Source of the DNA: Opitutales bacterium
GTDB taxonomy: Bacteria > Verrucomicrobiota > Verrucomicrobiia > Opitutales > T3Sed10-336
Length of the DNA stretch: 64,000 nucleotides
Assembly (NCBI GenBank): GCA_020831535.1
Contig: JAFIGF010000186.1
Location: 1,813 to 65,812, forward strand
Reading direction: 5' to 3'
Shown here: positions 39,885-50,822 of the stretch, piece after piece
Position numbering within the stretch: the stretch's first letter is position 1
Layout of the letters: each line of letters opens with the position of its first letter
Notes under the pieces: generated by a model
What the model was told of the DNA's origin: nothing
Databases searched by the model: none
What the model saw: only the letters and a program-made list of their open reading frames with translations
Position numbers and translations under genes: made by a program

Positions 39885-41149
39885 TCCTCACCTCCGGGTA
39901 AATCGAGTTCTGGCTCTGTTGTTAAAGACGGTTCGGGAAGCGTACCGCTGCTGCCCGCGGGAAGACTCCCGTTGCGGACAAATCTTTGAAATGGCTCTTC
40001 GGCAAAAGTCAGGCGCATGCGAAAGTTGGTTCGTCCTTCGCGAAGGGTTTGGTTTAGGATGTCGACATCAGAAATTTCGACCGCCTCCGCCAGAGCACTC
40101 TCATAGCGAATCACATCATCACTGTTGGCCGTTTCCGCAACCACTTCCAAACGCAAATCCGAGGTCAATTCCGCTCTGGTGAAAAAGATTGAGTCCGGAC
40201 GTACGCGATTAACGACCTCCAACATGGAAAAAGGCAGAAGTTGGTTTTCGGCAATGCCCCGCATTCGCTGGGCAAAACTTTCCTGTTCCTGGATTTTTTC
40301 GACTCTATCCTGGCGTTCGTTCACCTCAGTCTGTTGGGCCTCTAAAAAAGAATCCGCCCCAAAGCGCACTCCCTCGCCCAGCAGCAAAAGCAGTAGCGCA
40401 GCCGCACTCACCCAAAGGGCGCGCAGATACCAGGCATTGCGACGCTTTTCCGCTTTTTTGGCGGCCAGCACCTCCTTATCCCGAATATCCATGGTGGCCG
40501 ACGCTGAATGCGAAAGCCCTCCCTTACGGAGAACCGGAGCCTTATCGCCATTTTCCGGGGTAAAGCGGAACACCGCCTGTTTATTGTCCCATCCCAGAAA
40601 CACCGGCCCGAAAAGTCGCTTTTCCTTACCTTCTTCCCGCTTGAGCCCGGCTTTGGCGTAAAGTTTTTCTACCACGGACTCCGGAAAGGCCCCCTCTTCT
40701 TCCTCGGGCACCAGGCGCGAAACGATTTTGACCGGAACCTCCCCGGCACGGGCCATTTGAATCAGGGACAAGCCCTCTCCAAAACGCAAAAGAACCGCTT
40801 TATCGTCCAACCCCTCCCCGGGCAAAACGGATAGCAACGCCGGGGCCACCAAGTCCGCATCATCCAGAGAGGCTCCCACCAACTCTTCAATCCGTTTTCG
40901 ATAGGCCGCAAAGAGAAGGATTTTCCGCCCCTTGGCCGGACGATAGTACCCGTAGTACACTTGGTGAACAGGAAACGGGCTGGTCTGCTCCAGCATCATT
41001 TCCAAAAAGGAATCGAGTTCATTGGCCGGCAGATTATCCGGCAATTCCACGTTCTTCCAAAAAAATGGCTGATCGGGCACCAGCACGACCTCCTCCCACT
41101 GCAGGCGGTCATCGGTCAAATCTGGACTGTTGGGCATGGAACTCTTCAC
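39881..41149 (-). CDS. Bitopic membrane protein, GspL / PilM-PilN-like by topology
   Basis: 422-aa ORF: a roughly 245-aa cytoplasmic part, a central TM helix (AWYLRALWVSAAALLLLLL) and a roughly 150-aa periplasmic part. Its position in the gsp cluster supports the call. Confidence 0.45.
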   Translation of the reverse strand: MKSSMPNSPDLTDDRLQWEEVVLVPDQPFFWKNVELPDNLPANELDSFLEMMLEQTSPFPVHQVYYGYYRPAKGRKILLFAAYRKRIEELVGASLDDADLVAPALLSVLPGEGLDDKAVLLRFGEGLSLIQMARAGEVPVKIVSRLVPEEEEGAFPESVVEKLYAKAGLKREEGKEKRLFGPVFLGWDNKQAVFRFTPENGDKAPVLRKGGLSHSASATMDIRDKEVLAAKKAEKRRNAWYLRALWVSAAALLLLLLGEGVRFGADSFLEAQQTEVNERQDRVEKIQEQESFAQRMRGIAENQLLPFSMLEVVNRVRPDSIFFTRAELTSDLRLEVVAETANSDDVIRYESALAEAVEISDVDILNQTLREGRTNFRMRLTFAEEPFQRFVRNGSLPAGSSGTLPEPSLTTEPELDLPGGEE

Positions 41150-41200
41150 AAAAGGAAAATCTTAGCCTACGCCTTCTTGCTCTGGAAGTAAACAACATCC

Positions 41201-41995
41201 TCACGTCTGAGAGAATCCATCCGGAGAGCTGATTTGGGTCCCCAAAAGAGGCAAGAGCCGCTGTGAGCCCTCAAGCAGAGACCGCAAATCACCGCCTGCC
41301 GGAATACGGAAAGTCACCCGATCGGCGCGGACTTCCCAGATCACCAAAGGATCCGGACAAACCAGGGTCAAAAAGCTGCCATCCAAAGGGTAATCGAGGT
41401 GCGGGCGCAAGCGGGCATCCTCTTCCAGGCGGTCGATCACCTTTTCCACCTCGATCGGCCGGTTGGGTTGCCAGATAAGCTCCGAACAGATCCCCTCCAA
41501 AACCTGGACCCATTGCGGAATCAACGCCTCCTCCAAGAGCTTTTCGCCCGAAATCTCGGTCCGCAGCTCATAGTTCCCGGACCTTTCCCCCTGAAGTTCG
41601 ATCCAGACATCCAGGCGGCTCCCGGGCAGACTGATCCGCACCGCCCCCTTCGATAGCTGCAAATCAAAATCGCGCCGCCGCAGGGCGAACTCTCTACGCA
41701 ATCGTTGAAACACAAGATCCGCATGATTCCGCACTTCCTCTTCCCCAATGGCTTGCACAAAAGCCTGAGCCGCTTCGTCGGGGACCTTGGGAACCTGGTG
41801 TCCGCGCTCCTTTTGGAATCCCGAGAGTTTCGTCACCGGGCCAACGGTGAGCCCCTGTAGGGTCAAACGCCCTCCCGGAAATGAATCCGGCGTATCTGCG
41901 GAAGCCAGTCCTGCCATACCCAACTCTTTTCCTCTCCTCACTCCATGGCAAGAACGGAAACCGGGAAATGCCTTCGCCCGTATCCCCACTTGCAT
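41201..41995 (-). CDS. Hypothetical protein, first gene of the gsp-like cluster
   Basis: 264-aa ORF with an alternative start at MAGLASAD (41917). No motif was recognised. Confidence 0.4.
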   Translation of the reverse strand: MQVGIRAKAFPGFRSCHGVRRGKELGMAGLASADTPDSFPGGRLTLQGLTVGPVTKLSGFQKERGHQVPKVPDEAAQAFVQAIGEEEVRNHADLVFQRLRREFALRRRDFDLQLSKGAVRISLPGSRLDVWIELQGERSGNYELRTEISGEKLLEEALIPQWVQVLEGICSELIWQPNRPIEVEKVIDRLEEDARLRPHLDYPLDGSFLTLVCPDPLVIWEVRADRVTFRIPAGGDLRSLLEGSQRLLPLLGTQISSPDGFSQT

Positions 41996-42071
41996 CGGCA
42001 GGCAGAAAGGTTACTTTGGTCCAATCGAATAAAAACCATTCCCAGCCGGACGTTTTTCGAATTCTGACCTG

Positions 42072-42674
42072 ATGCAAGAAACAAACCATCCCCACCGAGC
42101 GGACATTCTTCGTGAAATCATCCGCAACCGCCGCAGCGTAAAGCCTCGCCTTTTCAACGGAGAGCGAATCCCTGACCGCATCACCGAGGATATTTTATCC
42201 GATGCGAGGTGGGCTCCGACCCATCATTTGACCCAACCCTGGCGCTTTATCGTCTTCACCGGAGCGGCGCTGCAGCGGCTGGCGGACTTTCGCCAGCATT
42301 GGTACCGAGTCACCACGCCCCCGGAGCAATACGATGCGGCCAAGGCCGCTCGCCTGGAAAGCAATTTACTCAACTCTTCCCACGTGGTCTTTCTCTGCCT
42401 GAAACGCCATGAGCGCCCCGGATTTCCCGAGGAGGAAGAAATTGCGGCGGTGGCCTGTGCCGCCCAAAACATCATGCTCAGTGCAGAGGCCCACGGGTTT
42501 CATGCCTTCTGGGGCAGTGGCGGCGACACCTACAGCGACGACCTGCATGAGTTTCTCGAACTGGAGTCCACCGAACGCTGTCTGGGATCGCTCTACCTCG
42601 GCTACACCGAAAAGCCCCTCACCCGACCCCGCCGCCAACCGTTGAGCGAAGTCATGCGCTGGCACGAGACGTGA
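42072..42674 (+). CDS. Nitroreductase-family protein
   Basis: 200-aa ORF containing RRSVKPRLF...ARWAPTHHLTQPWRFIVF. Confidence 0.8.
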   Translation: MQETNHPHRADILREIIRNRRSVKPRLFNGERIPDRITEDILSDARWAPTHHLTQPWRFIVFTGAALQRLADFRQHWYRVTTPPEQYDAAKAARLESNLLNSSHVVFLCLKRHERPGFPEEEEIAAVACAAQNIMLSAEAHGFHAFWGSGGDTYSDDLHEFLELESTERCLGSLYLGYTEKPLTRPRRQPLSEVMRWHET

Positions 42675-43000
42675 AATTCTAACCGTAGGGCCTCCCCTAT
42701 AACGGCCGCCCGTGCAGCCCCTACCCACTGGCCAGTTTCCCAGGCCTCTGGAGTGTTGCGCGCAGGGACATAAAGCCCCCGCACGCCTTACTTGGAAGAA
42801 AAAACACCTCCGTTTTCGAAAGTATTGTATACTACATCTTCCTTTGAACGTTTTAGCTTTTCAGCGTTTCCATTCCCATCCCTTGCTACACAAATTTCCA
42901 TCCATAATCCCCTCGCCCGCGGCCATTCGGGGGTATGTAGGGAATTCGTATCGTGGTTTTTAAAATTTTGGCCCGGTTCCAAGGGCCTGCCGCGTCTCGA

Positions 43001-43408
43001 CTACCGTTTTTTCCGTTTCACCAGGAGCTGGGCCTGGTGGTAGCGAACCATGGTTTCGAGGCGTTCCATCTCCTCGGGATCGACATCGGCAGCTTCTTTG
43101 AGTTCGGCCTGGGCTTTGGCCATGGCCTGCTCAACAACGGTCGGATCAATTTCCTCAACGTCGATGGCCGATTCGGTCAAAACGCTGATTTTATCCTGCA
43201 TCACCTGCGCAAAGCCTGAGCTTACGGCGAGGTATTCCGTTTTGCCTTTCTTTAAAACCCTCAGCTCACCGGCATCAACTTGGGTCAGCAAGGGCAAGTG
43301 ACCAGGCAAAAGCCCCACCTCACCTTGCTTGGTCGGAAGGATGACCTGATCCACGGGGGATTCGTAAGCCTTGCCGTGAGGGGTGACGATCTCGAGATGA
43401 AGCGACAT
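43001..43408 (-). CDS. atpC: F1 ATP synthase subunit epsilon
   Basis: 135-aa ORF following atpD, beginning MSLHLEIVTPHGKAYESPVDQVILPTKQGEVGLLPGHLPLLT. Confidence 0.9.
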   Translation of the reverse strand: MSLHLEIVTPHGKAYESPVDQVILPTKQGEVGLLPGHLPLLTQVDAGELRVLKKGKTEYLAVSSGFAQVMQDKISVLTESAIDVEEIDPTVVEQAMAKAQAELKEAADVDPEEMERLETMVRYHQAQLLVKRKKR

Positions 43409-43417
43409 GATGGGTGA

Positions 43418-44851
<1,434 letters not shown>

Positions 44852-44869
44852 TTATAAATGTAAAACGGT

Positions 44870-45766
44870 TTAATTCGAAAGGGAGGCGGCGGAGATTTCC
44901 AGAATTTCCTGGGTAATGGCCGCCTGCCGGGCTTTGTTGTATTGAAGGGTGAGATCGTCCAAAAGGGAGGAAGCATTGTCGGAAGCGGCTTTCATGGCCA
45001 CCATCCGCGCGCTGTGCTCAGACGCCTTGGAGTCGAGAACGAATTGATAGACTTGGTTGTGAATAAAGCGGGGCAGGAGTTCGGAGAGAACTTCGTAAGG
45101 GGTCGGCTCGAAGATCATATCGCGATCTTCCTTGGGCAATTCCCGGGCGCCGACCACTTTTCCACCGACCTTGCGGCCGGTTACGTCGCTGAGGATATTT
45201 TTCAGATCGGTCAGGGGCAGCAAGGAATAGACCGTGGGCTCCTGCAAAAGGGTGTTCACAAAACGGGGGTAGAGAATCTCGATGGTATCGATTCTGCCCT
45301 CGATGAAGCGATCGATCAGGAGCTGGGAAATTTGCCGCACTTCGGTGTAAGCGACTTTATCCCCGAGAGAAAAGTCCGCGATCAAATTGCGGTGGGTCCG
45401 GGAAAGGAACTGAGCCCCTTTACGGCCTACGACATAGTACTCTGCGGCGGATTTGATTTCGGAGATTTTCTTGAAAAGATTTCCGTTCAGGGGTCCACAG
45501 AGCCCCTTGTCCGAACTCAAAACCAAAATCCCCCGGGTTTCGACTTTGCGGCCTTGCAAGAAGGGGTGTACGAACTTCCCCTCCACTTTATCCTCGATCG
45601 CCGCCAACATAGCCGAAAGCAAGGCCGAGTACTCGCTCCCCGACAAAGCCTCGTTTTGCGCCTTCTTCATCTTGGAGGCAGCCACCATCTCCATCGCCTT
45701 GGTGATCTGCTTGGTGTTTTTGACCGACTTGATACGACGCCGGATATCTCTGGTACTTGAGGACAT
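44870..45766 (-). CDS. atpG: F1 ATP synthase subunit gamma
   Basis: 298-aa ORF with an N-terminal RRIKSVKNTKQITKAMEMVAASKM and a C-terminal LTLQYNKARQAAITQEILEI. Confidence 0.95.
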   Translation of the reverse strand: MSSSTRDIRRRIKSVKNTKQITKAMEMVAASKMKKAQNEALSGSEYSALLSAMLAAIEDKVEGKFVHPFLQGRKVETRGILVLSSDKGLCGPLNGNLFKKISEIKSAAEYYVVGRKGAQFLSRTHRNLIADFSLGDKVAYTEVRQISQLLIDRFIEGRIDTIEILYPRFVNTLLQEPTVYSLLPLTDLKNILSDVTGRKVGGKVVGARELPKEDRDMIFEPTPYEVLSELLPRFIHNQVYQFVLDSKASEHSARMVAMKAASDNASSLLDDLTLQYNKARQAAITQEILEISAASLSN

Positions 45767-45812
45767 GGGTCAATCTTTCGTTAGCAGGCGAGGCATTCCG
45801 GGCGGGCTCCCA

Positions 45813-47342
45813 TTATCGGGTTTTCTTCCACTCCTCGTAGGTTTTCTTCAGCGTGGCGGCAATATCGTCGGAGATTTTTCCTTCCTTGCGAATCGCCGTC
45901 AGGGTCGCGTCCTCACGGGTCGTGACATACTCGCGAAAACTGGAGGCTGCGGAAACAATTTCCTGCACCGGAATCTCGTCATAATAGCCGTTTTGAATTC
46001 CCCACAGAGTCGCCACCTGTTGCTCCATCGGCAAGGGGCTGAGGATCGATTGTTTGAAAATTTCAACGATGCGGGCCCCGCGGTCGAGTTGCGCTTTGGT
46101 CTTCGCGTCGAGGTCCGAACCGAACTGGGAGAAAGCCGCAAGCTCCCGGAACTGCGCCAGTTCGAGTTTGATTTTTCCGGCTACCTGCTTGGTCGCCTTG
46201 ACCTGCGCGGCGGAACCAACCCGGGACACCGAGAGACCGACGTTAATCGCCGGACGAATTCCCTGATTGAACAAATCCGTTTCGAGGAAGATCTGTCCGT
46301 CGGTAATGGAAATCACATTGGTCGGAATGTAGGCCGAGACGTCCCCGGCCTGGGTTTCAATGATCGGCAGCGCAGTCAGCGATCCGCCCCCGGCCTCCGG
46401 GGAAAGACGGGCCGAACGCTCAAGCAGACGGGAATGCAGGTAAAACACATCTCCGGGGAAAGCCTCCCGACCGGAAGGACGTTTCAGAATGAGGGAAATC
46501 TGACGGTAGGCCACCGCGTGCTTGGACAAATCGTCATAGACGATCAGCGCATCCTTGCCGTTTTGCATGAACCATTCACCGATCGCGGCGCCCGCATAGG
46601 GGGCCAGGTATTGGTTCGCCGCATTGTCCGCCGCAGGTGCGGTTACGATAATGGTGTAGTCGAGGGCACCTTTTTCGCGCAAGGCCTCGATGGTTCGGGC
46701 GACATTGGCGTTCTTCTGCCCGACGATCACATAAATCGAATAAACCGGGCGAAAATCGGGGTCCCCGGATTCCTCGCCGACGCGATTGATGTTCGCCTGA
46801 TTGATAATGGTATCCACCGCGATGGTGGTTTTTCCGGTGCCGCGGTCACCAATGATCAACTCCCGCTGGCCACGGCCGATGGGAATCATGGAGTCAACGG
46901 ACATAATGCCGGTCTGCAGAGGCTGATCCACCGATTTCCGCTCAATGATGCCCGGGGCAATTTTTTCCAGCGGATAGCGTTCGGAGGAATCAAGCGCGCC
47001 TCTTTCGTCAACCGGGTTGCCGATGGCATCCACGACCCGACCGAGCAAGCCCATCCCCACCGGGACAGACAACAATTTTCCGGTCGTCTTGACCTCATCG
47101 CCCTGCCGGATATGACTGGCGTCACCAAGAATAATACAACCCACTTCCTCTTCCTCAAGGTTAAGGGCGATGCCGGTTACCCCGCCGGGGAATTCGACCA
47201 TCTCGTTGTACATAACCTCCGAGAGTCCATCGACCTTGGCGACCCCGTCGGCGACGGTTATCACCCTGCCGGTGTTTTGCTTGACGGTCTTGCTCTCAAG
47301 CTGGGAGATTTGTTCTTCAATTTGTTCAATGACGCTGCTCAT
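45813..47342 (-). CDS. atpA: F1 ATP synthase subunit alpha
   Basis: 509-aa ORF with Walker [10 protein letters not shown] and the motif [19 protein letters not shown]. Confidence 0.97.
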   Translation of the reverse strand: MSSVIEQIEEQISQLESKTVKQNTGRVITVADGVAKVDGLSEVMYNEMVEFPGGVTGIALNLEEEEVGCIILGDASHIRQGDEVKTTGKLLSVPVGMGLLGRVVDAIGNPVDERGALDSSERYPLEKIAPGIIERKSVDQPLQTGIMSVDSMIPIGRGQRELIIGDRGTGKTTIAVDTIINQANINRVGEESGDPDFRPVYSIYVIVGQKNANVARTIEALREKGALDYTIIVTAPAADNAANQYLAPYAGAAIGEWFMQNGKDALIVYDDLSKHAVAYRQISLILKRPSGREAFPGDVFYLHSRLLERSARLSPEAGGGSLTALPIIETQAGDVSAYIPTNVISITDGQIFLETDLFNQGIRPAINVGLSVSRVGSAAQVKATKQVAGKIKLELAQFRELAAFSQFGSDLDAKTKAQLDRGARIVEIFKQSILSPLPMEQQVATLWGIQNGYYDEIPVQEIVSAASSFREYVTTREDATLTAIRKEGKISDDIAATLKKTYEEWKKTR

Positions 47343-47364
47343 GGTGATATATAAATGGGTAAAA

Positions 47365-47772
47365 TCAAATGGTTTGGGCGGCTACCTGGCGGGAGAGTTT
47401 TTCCAATTGTTGCCGGGCGGAATATTCGTAGGTATCGCAACCAACGCGGGCGCGGAAACCCGCTAAAAGTTCTTTATTTTCCTTGGGCACGATGGTGATG
47501 GAACGCCCGTAGGTCTGACGGAAAAAGTCGGATAATTGTTTTTGCGCGGCTTCCTCGAGGGGGCCGGCATGCTCAACGACGGCTTCTCTCATGGCCACTT
47601 CCTCGCGCAGGTAATTCCGAAAGGCCCGAAGGACCGTTTTGTACTCGCGCGGCGGTTTTTTGTCCAAAGCCTGCAATACGGCACTGACCCGCTCGGGGAC
47701 CACTTGGTCCTCTTCAATGCACATCGCCGACAATTGCCGGGCAAACTTTTTACTGCGAACACTCTTGGCCAT
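47365..47772 (-). CDS. atpH: F1 ATP synthase subunit delta (short form)
   Basis: 135-aa ORF located between atpF and atpA. The C-terminal pattern [25 protein letters not shown] resembles the OSCP C-terminus. Confidence 0.7.
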   Translation of the reverse strand: MAKSVRSKKFARQLSAMCIEEDQVVPERVSAVLQALDKKPPREYKTVLRAFRNYLREEVAMREAVVEHAGPLEEAAQKQLSDFFRQTYGRSITIVPKENKELLAGFRARVGCDTYEYSARQQLEKLSRQVAAQTI

Positions 47773-47778
47773 GGGTGA

Positions 47779-48330
47779 TCAGTTTTTCTGAAGTTCCTCC
47801 GTGGCTTTTTGGGTAAAGCGGGATTTCTGTTCTTCCCCTAATTCTGAACCCAGAACCCGGGTAGAGGTGAGAACCACCAGGCGGGCAATCTCCTCCCGAA
47901 CCTCCGCAACCATTTTCTTGCGTTCCTGTTCGATGGCTTGCTCGGCCTTTTCCATCATTTCAGTGATGCGCTGATTGGTTTCCGCCGTTTGCTTCTCCTG
48001 GTAGGCCTTCGCCGCTTGGCGGGCCTCCTCCAGAGTTTGCTTCGCTTCCCGCGAGGCGTTGTCGAGAATTTCCTTTTGCTGGGCCTCGGTTTCCGCCATG
48101 CGGACCTTGATCTCCTCAGCATTCTTCAGACTTTCGGCGATCTTATCCTGCCGCAAATCGATGGTCCGCAGGACCGGACGGATCCCCAGATAGTAAATCA
48201 CTGTTACTACCAGAACGAAATTAATTATTTGCGCAATAAGAGTATTCCAGTAGATCCCGAAAGTATCGGTAAGTCCGGAATTAGCGGCATCGGCTTGCGC
48301 AAGAATGAGAGTGAAAAAATCTCCGGTCAT
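47779..48330 (-). CDS. atpF: Fo ATP synthase subunit b
   Basis: 183-aa ORF with one N-terminal TM helix followed by a long charged helix. Its operon position supports the call. Confidence 0.8.
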   Translation of the reverse strand: MTGDFFTLILAQADAANSGLTDTFGIYWNTLIAQIINFVLVVTVIYYLGIRPVLRTIDLRQDKIAESLKNAEEIKVRMAETEAQQKEILDNASREAKQTLEEARQAAKAYQEKQTAETNQRITEMMEKAEQAIEQERKKMVAEVREEIARLVVLTSTRVLGSELGEEQKSRFTQKATEELQKN

Positions 48331-48392
48331 GTCTGGAAAAAGGAATAAAGGGAAAAGTCCCGGCGGGAAAAGTCCCGCCGGGAAATCAGTTA

Positions 48393-48656
48393 TCAGGCCA
48401 ATTGGCCGAGGAAGCTGCCGAAGAAGACAATCGCCTCGGCAAAGGCCATCGCGATAATCGACTGCACCAAAATCGGAGTTGCCGCACCGGGGTTGCGTCC
48501 GACGGACTCAACCGCTTTGTAGCCGATCAGGCCAATTCCGAGAGGAATGGCGAAGGCCGCCAAGGCCAATTGAAGATTCCCGGTAAAAGCGGGACCTGCG
48601 GCTTCGACGGTTTCCGCGTCAACGACTTGGGCGAGAATAAGAGCTGTTTCGAGCAT
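48393..48656 (-). CDS. atpE: Fo ATP synthase subunit c
   Basis: 87-aa two-helix hairpin with a GRNP loop and a carboxylate in AMAFAEAIVFF. Confidence 0.9.
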   Translation of the reverse strand: MLETALILAQVVDAETVEAAGPAFTGNLQLALAAFAIPLGIGLIGYKAVESVGRNPGAATPILVQSIIAMAFAEAIVFFGSFLGQLA

Positions 48657-48769
48657 AATGATTTGAGTTTATAGGTTTAGTTTAACGGTTATTCCTTCGC
48701 GTCCACGTTCGTTATTGTTCTCGAATGGAACCATGGTCCCACGAAAGGAAAGGATTTTAATAATCGTAA

Positions 48770-49624
48770 TCAATGGCCATGCTCTCCCTCTCCTTCCGGA
48801 TGGTTACAAACCAGCCCAATGTAAATGGCGACTAGCATGGTAAAGATCGCAGCCTGAATGACGCCGACCATGATTTCGAAGAAGTAAAAAGGAATGGGGA
48901 CAATAAAAGCGACGAAATTAGTCATTTCCAAAAGGAGATTTTCTCCGCCAAACATATTTCCATAGAGTCGCAAGCTGAGTGCAACGGGCCGGAAGGCGAT
49001 AGAGATGATCTCGATCACACCGACAAATAGAAAGATAGGAATCAAACTTATATAAATGGCCTTGGCGGTAGTTTTCTTATCTGCTTTATTTCCAAAAATA
49101 TCATAAACCAAAGCCTTGATACCGGCATAACGAATGCAGAAGTACAACCAGGCAACAAAGGTAACAATCGCTATGGCGAGGGGGAGGCTTAAATCAGTAT
49201 TTCCAGGTCGCAGGAACTTTAGGACCATAACACCCTCTTCATTCTTCATCCCGATGGAACCTACGCCCGGCATCAAACCCGACCAATTGTGAAAAAGGAT
49301 AAAAAGAAAAAGTCCGATCAACAGAGGAAACACCGGTTTGATGACCTTTTCTCCGACGATTGGGCGGATAATATCTCGTAGCCCAACAATAATCGCTTCC
49401 AAAACGGCCTGCCCCCGACTGGGAATCATCGTCGGCCGTCCTCCCGCAACGCGGATAAGAATAATCAAAAGGATAGAAAACACCCATGCCGTAACAATCG
49501 AGGTCGTCACCGGAAGCCCCAGAAAGGTTACCGGGTCGGCTTTTGGTTCAGCCGCTTGGGCCACCGTCGGAAGGAGGAGGCAAACAGCGATAACCAAAAA
49601 ACTGAGATAGGAGGTGCGGTACAT
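48770..49624 (-). CDS. atpB: Fo ATP synthase subunit a
   Basis: 284-aa polytopic protein with the conserved Arg region LSLRLYGNMFGGE. Confidence 0.9.
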   Translation of the reverse strand: MYRTSYLSFLVIAVCLLLPTVAQAAEPKADPVTFLGLPVTTSIVTAWVFSILLIILIRVAGGRPTMIPSRGQAVLEAIIVGLRDIIRPIVGEKVIKPVFPLLIGLFLFILFHNWSGLMPGVGSIGMKNEEGVMVLKFLRPGNTDLSLPLAIAIVTFVAWLYFCIRYAGIKALVYDIFGNKADKKTTAKAIYISLIPIFLFVGVIEIISIAFRPVALSLRLYGNMFGGENLLLEMTNFVAFIVPIPFYFFEIMVGVIQAAIFTMLVAIYIGLVCNHPEGEGEHGH

Positions 49625-49797
49625 AGAGAGGACTGATAATAAACGAGTCTTGTTTCCTTAATGGGAAAAGAATAATTGCTTGGCCCGTGCCCCCGTATAG
49701 TCAACCTTGAAATGCAAAATGGCTAAAAAATTCCCCCTTTTTCCGAGAAAGTCCCCGCTCCCCCCAAAGGGAGGACGAAGGCGTGTCCCGCTCAGCA

Positions 49798-49980
49798 CAT
49801 ATGCGTCAACCTAAGGACTTTGGATGGTTACCGTAATTGATCGGGCTTTCGCCTGTTCTTGGGAAGGTGAATAATAATAAGAAGCGCTTCGCTACGAGAG
49901 TTGCGTAGGGATGATCGCAGCGGTTGCCCCCCTCCGTAAGGGCTGAAACGCCCGCCCTATCGCTTAGGTTGACGCATATG
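49798..49980. mobile_element. MITE-like non-autonomous element (183 bp)
   Basis: The perfect 18-bp terminal inverted repeats are CATATGCGTCAACCTAAG (49798-49815) and CTTAGGTTGACGCATATG (49963-49980). They are flanked by a perfect 9-bp direct repeat, CGCTCAGCA, at 49789-49797 and 49981-49989. The element contains no ORF. Confidence 0.5.
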
Positions 49981-50192
49981 CGCTCAGCAAAGGTCCCTCT
50001 TAGCTTTCGCGGGGTGATTGCCCAATCCTTCCCCAGACGCACCCGCCCGACAGGAGAACAACCGCCAGCGAACCCGAACCTCAACCCAACCATTCGAGCT
50101 CGGAAAGACCCTCGCCCTCCCCGGCACCACTCCACTCGAAGCGAAGATCACGCCATCACGTCACACCATAGCCCAGAAGGCGAAGGCGGACC

Positions 50193-50792
50193 CTACGCCC
50201 CGGCCTCGTCGAGGAGACAAAGGGTTTCCCTCAGGGGCAAGCCCATTATATTAAAGAAAGACCCCCGCCAACCCGCCAGGACCTGTTCGCGTCCCTCCTG
50301 AATTCCGTAGGCCCCGGCCTTGTCCAGGGGATTCACGAGGTCATGGTAGGCCCGCGCCACCGCCTCCTCAAAGCTTTTGAAAATCACCTCGCTGCGCGCC
50401 ACTTCTTCCCGGCACACCAGGGCACCATCCGTTCCGGCAAAGTTGACCACGACCCCGGTAAAAACCTCATGGGTTCGTCCCGACAGACTCAAAAGCATCG
50501 TCAGCGCCTCTTCCCGGCTTTCGGGTTTGTTCAGAATCCTCCCGCCCTCGGCAACGACCGTATCGGCGGCCAACACCACGGCGCCCCGGTTCTCTTCCCA
50601 CACCGCCCGGGCCTTTTTCCTCGCATTCAGCAAGGTGAGCGTGGCGGGCGTTTCCGCCGAGCGAGCTTCCTCCACCTCCGGCGAAACCACCTGGAAGGTT
50701 TTTCCCAAACGGGCCAGAATTTGTTGCCGCCGGGGCGAGCCGGAGGCTAGAATAAGGGGTTGTGACGTATCGCGATGATTTTTCTTTTTCAT
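50193..50792 (-). CDS. maf: Maf-like nucleoside triphosphate pyrophosphatase
   Basis: Contains the motif LILASGSPRRQQIL. The start is placed at MKKKNHRD (ATG on the complement of 50790-50792). The track ORF extension to 51224 is antisense to dinB and not protein-like. Confidence 0.85.
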   Translation of the reverse strand: MKKKNHRDTSQPLILASGSPRRQQILARLGKTFQVVSPEVEEARSAETPATLTLLNARKKARAVWEENRGAVVLAADTVVAEGGRILNKPESREEALTMLLSLSGRTHEVFTGVVVNFAGTDGALVCREEVARSEVIFKSFEEAVARAYHDLVNPLDKAGAYGIQEGREQVLAGWRGSFFNIMGLPLRETLCLLDEAGA

Positions 50793-50822
50793 AAAATAAA
50801 CTGACGGGGCCAAATCCCCACC

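Noticed and set aside
42675-43000. A 326-nt convergent intergenic region between the nitroreductase gene and atpC, considered as a possible sRNA or terminator locus. It includes the hairpin GGCCC-N8-GGGCC at 42970-42987.
   Set aside because: I found no convincing promoter-terminator pair or conserved RNA motif by eye. The hairpin is short and lacks a clean U-tract. Expression data would be needed.
49743-49761. CCGAGAAAGTCCCCGCTCC, which resembles the RNase P RNA P4 strand (GAGGAAAGTCCGGGC).
   Set aside because: I could not find the complementary P4 3' strand or other conserved RNase P elements in the surrounding 500 nt. An Infernal scan would settle it.
49867-49908. A tmRNA-like tag reading frame (V-NNNKKRFATRVA-stop) inside the MITE-like element.
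   Set aside because: No tRNA-like domain lies nearby: there is no acceptor/T-arm GGTTCGA-type sequence and no CCA end. The tag end is atypical. The terminal-inverted-repeat plus direct-repeat structure explains the region better.
49806-50301. ORFs of 109 aa (minus strand) and 125 aa (plus strand) in the maf-atpB gap.
   Set aside because: They are Arg/Pro/Gly-rich with no hydrophobic core or motif. One runs through the MITE-like element, so they are treated as non-coding.
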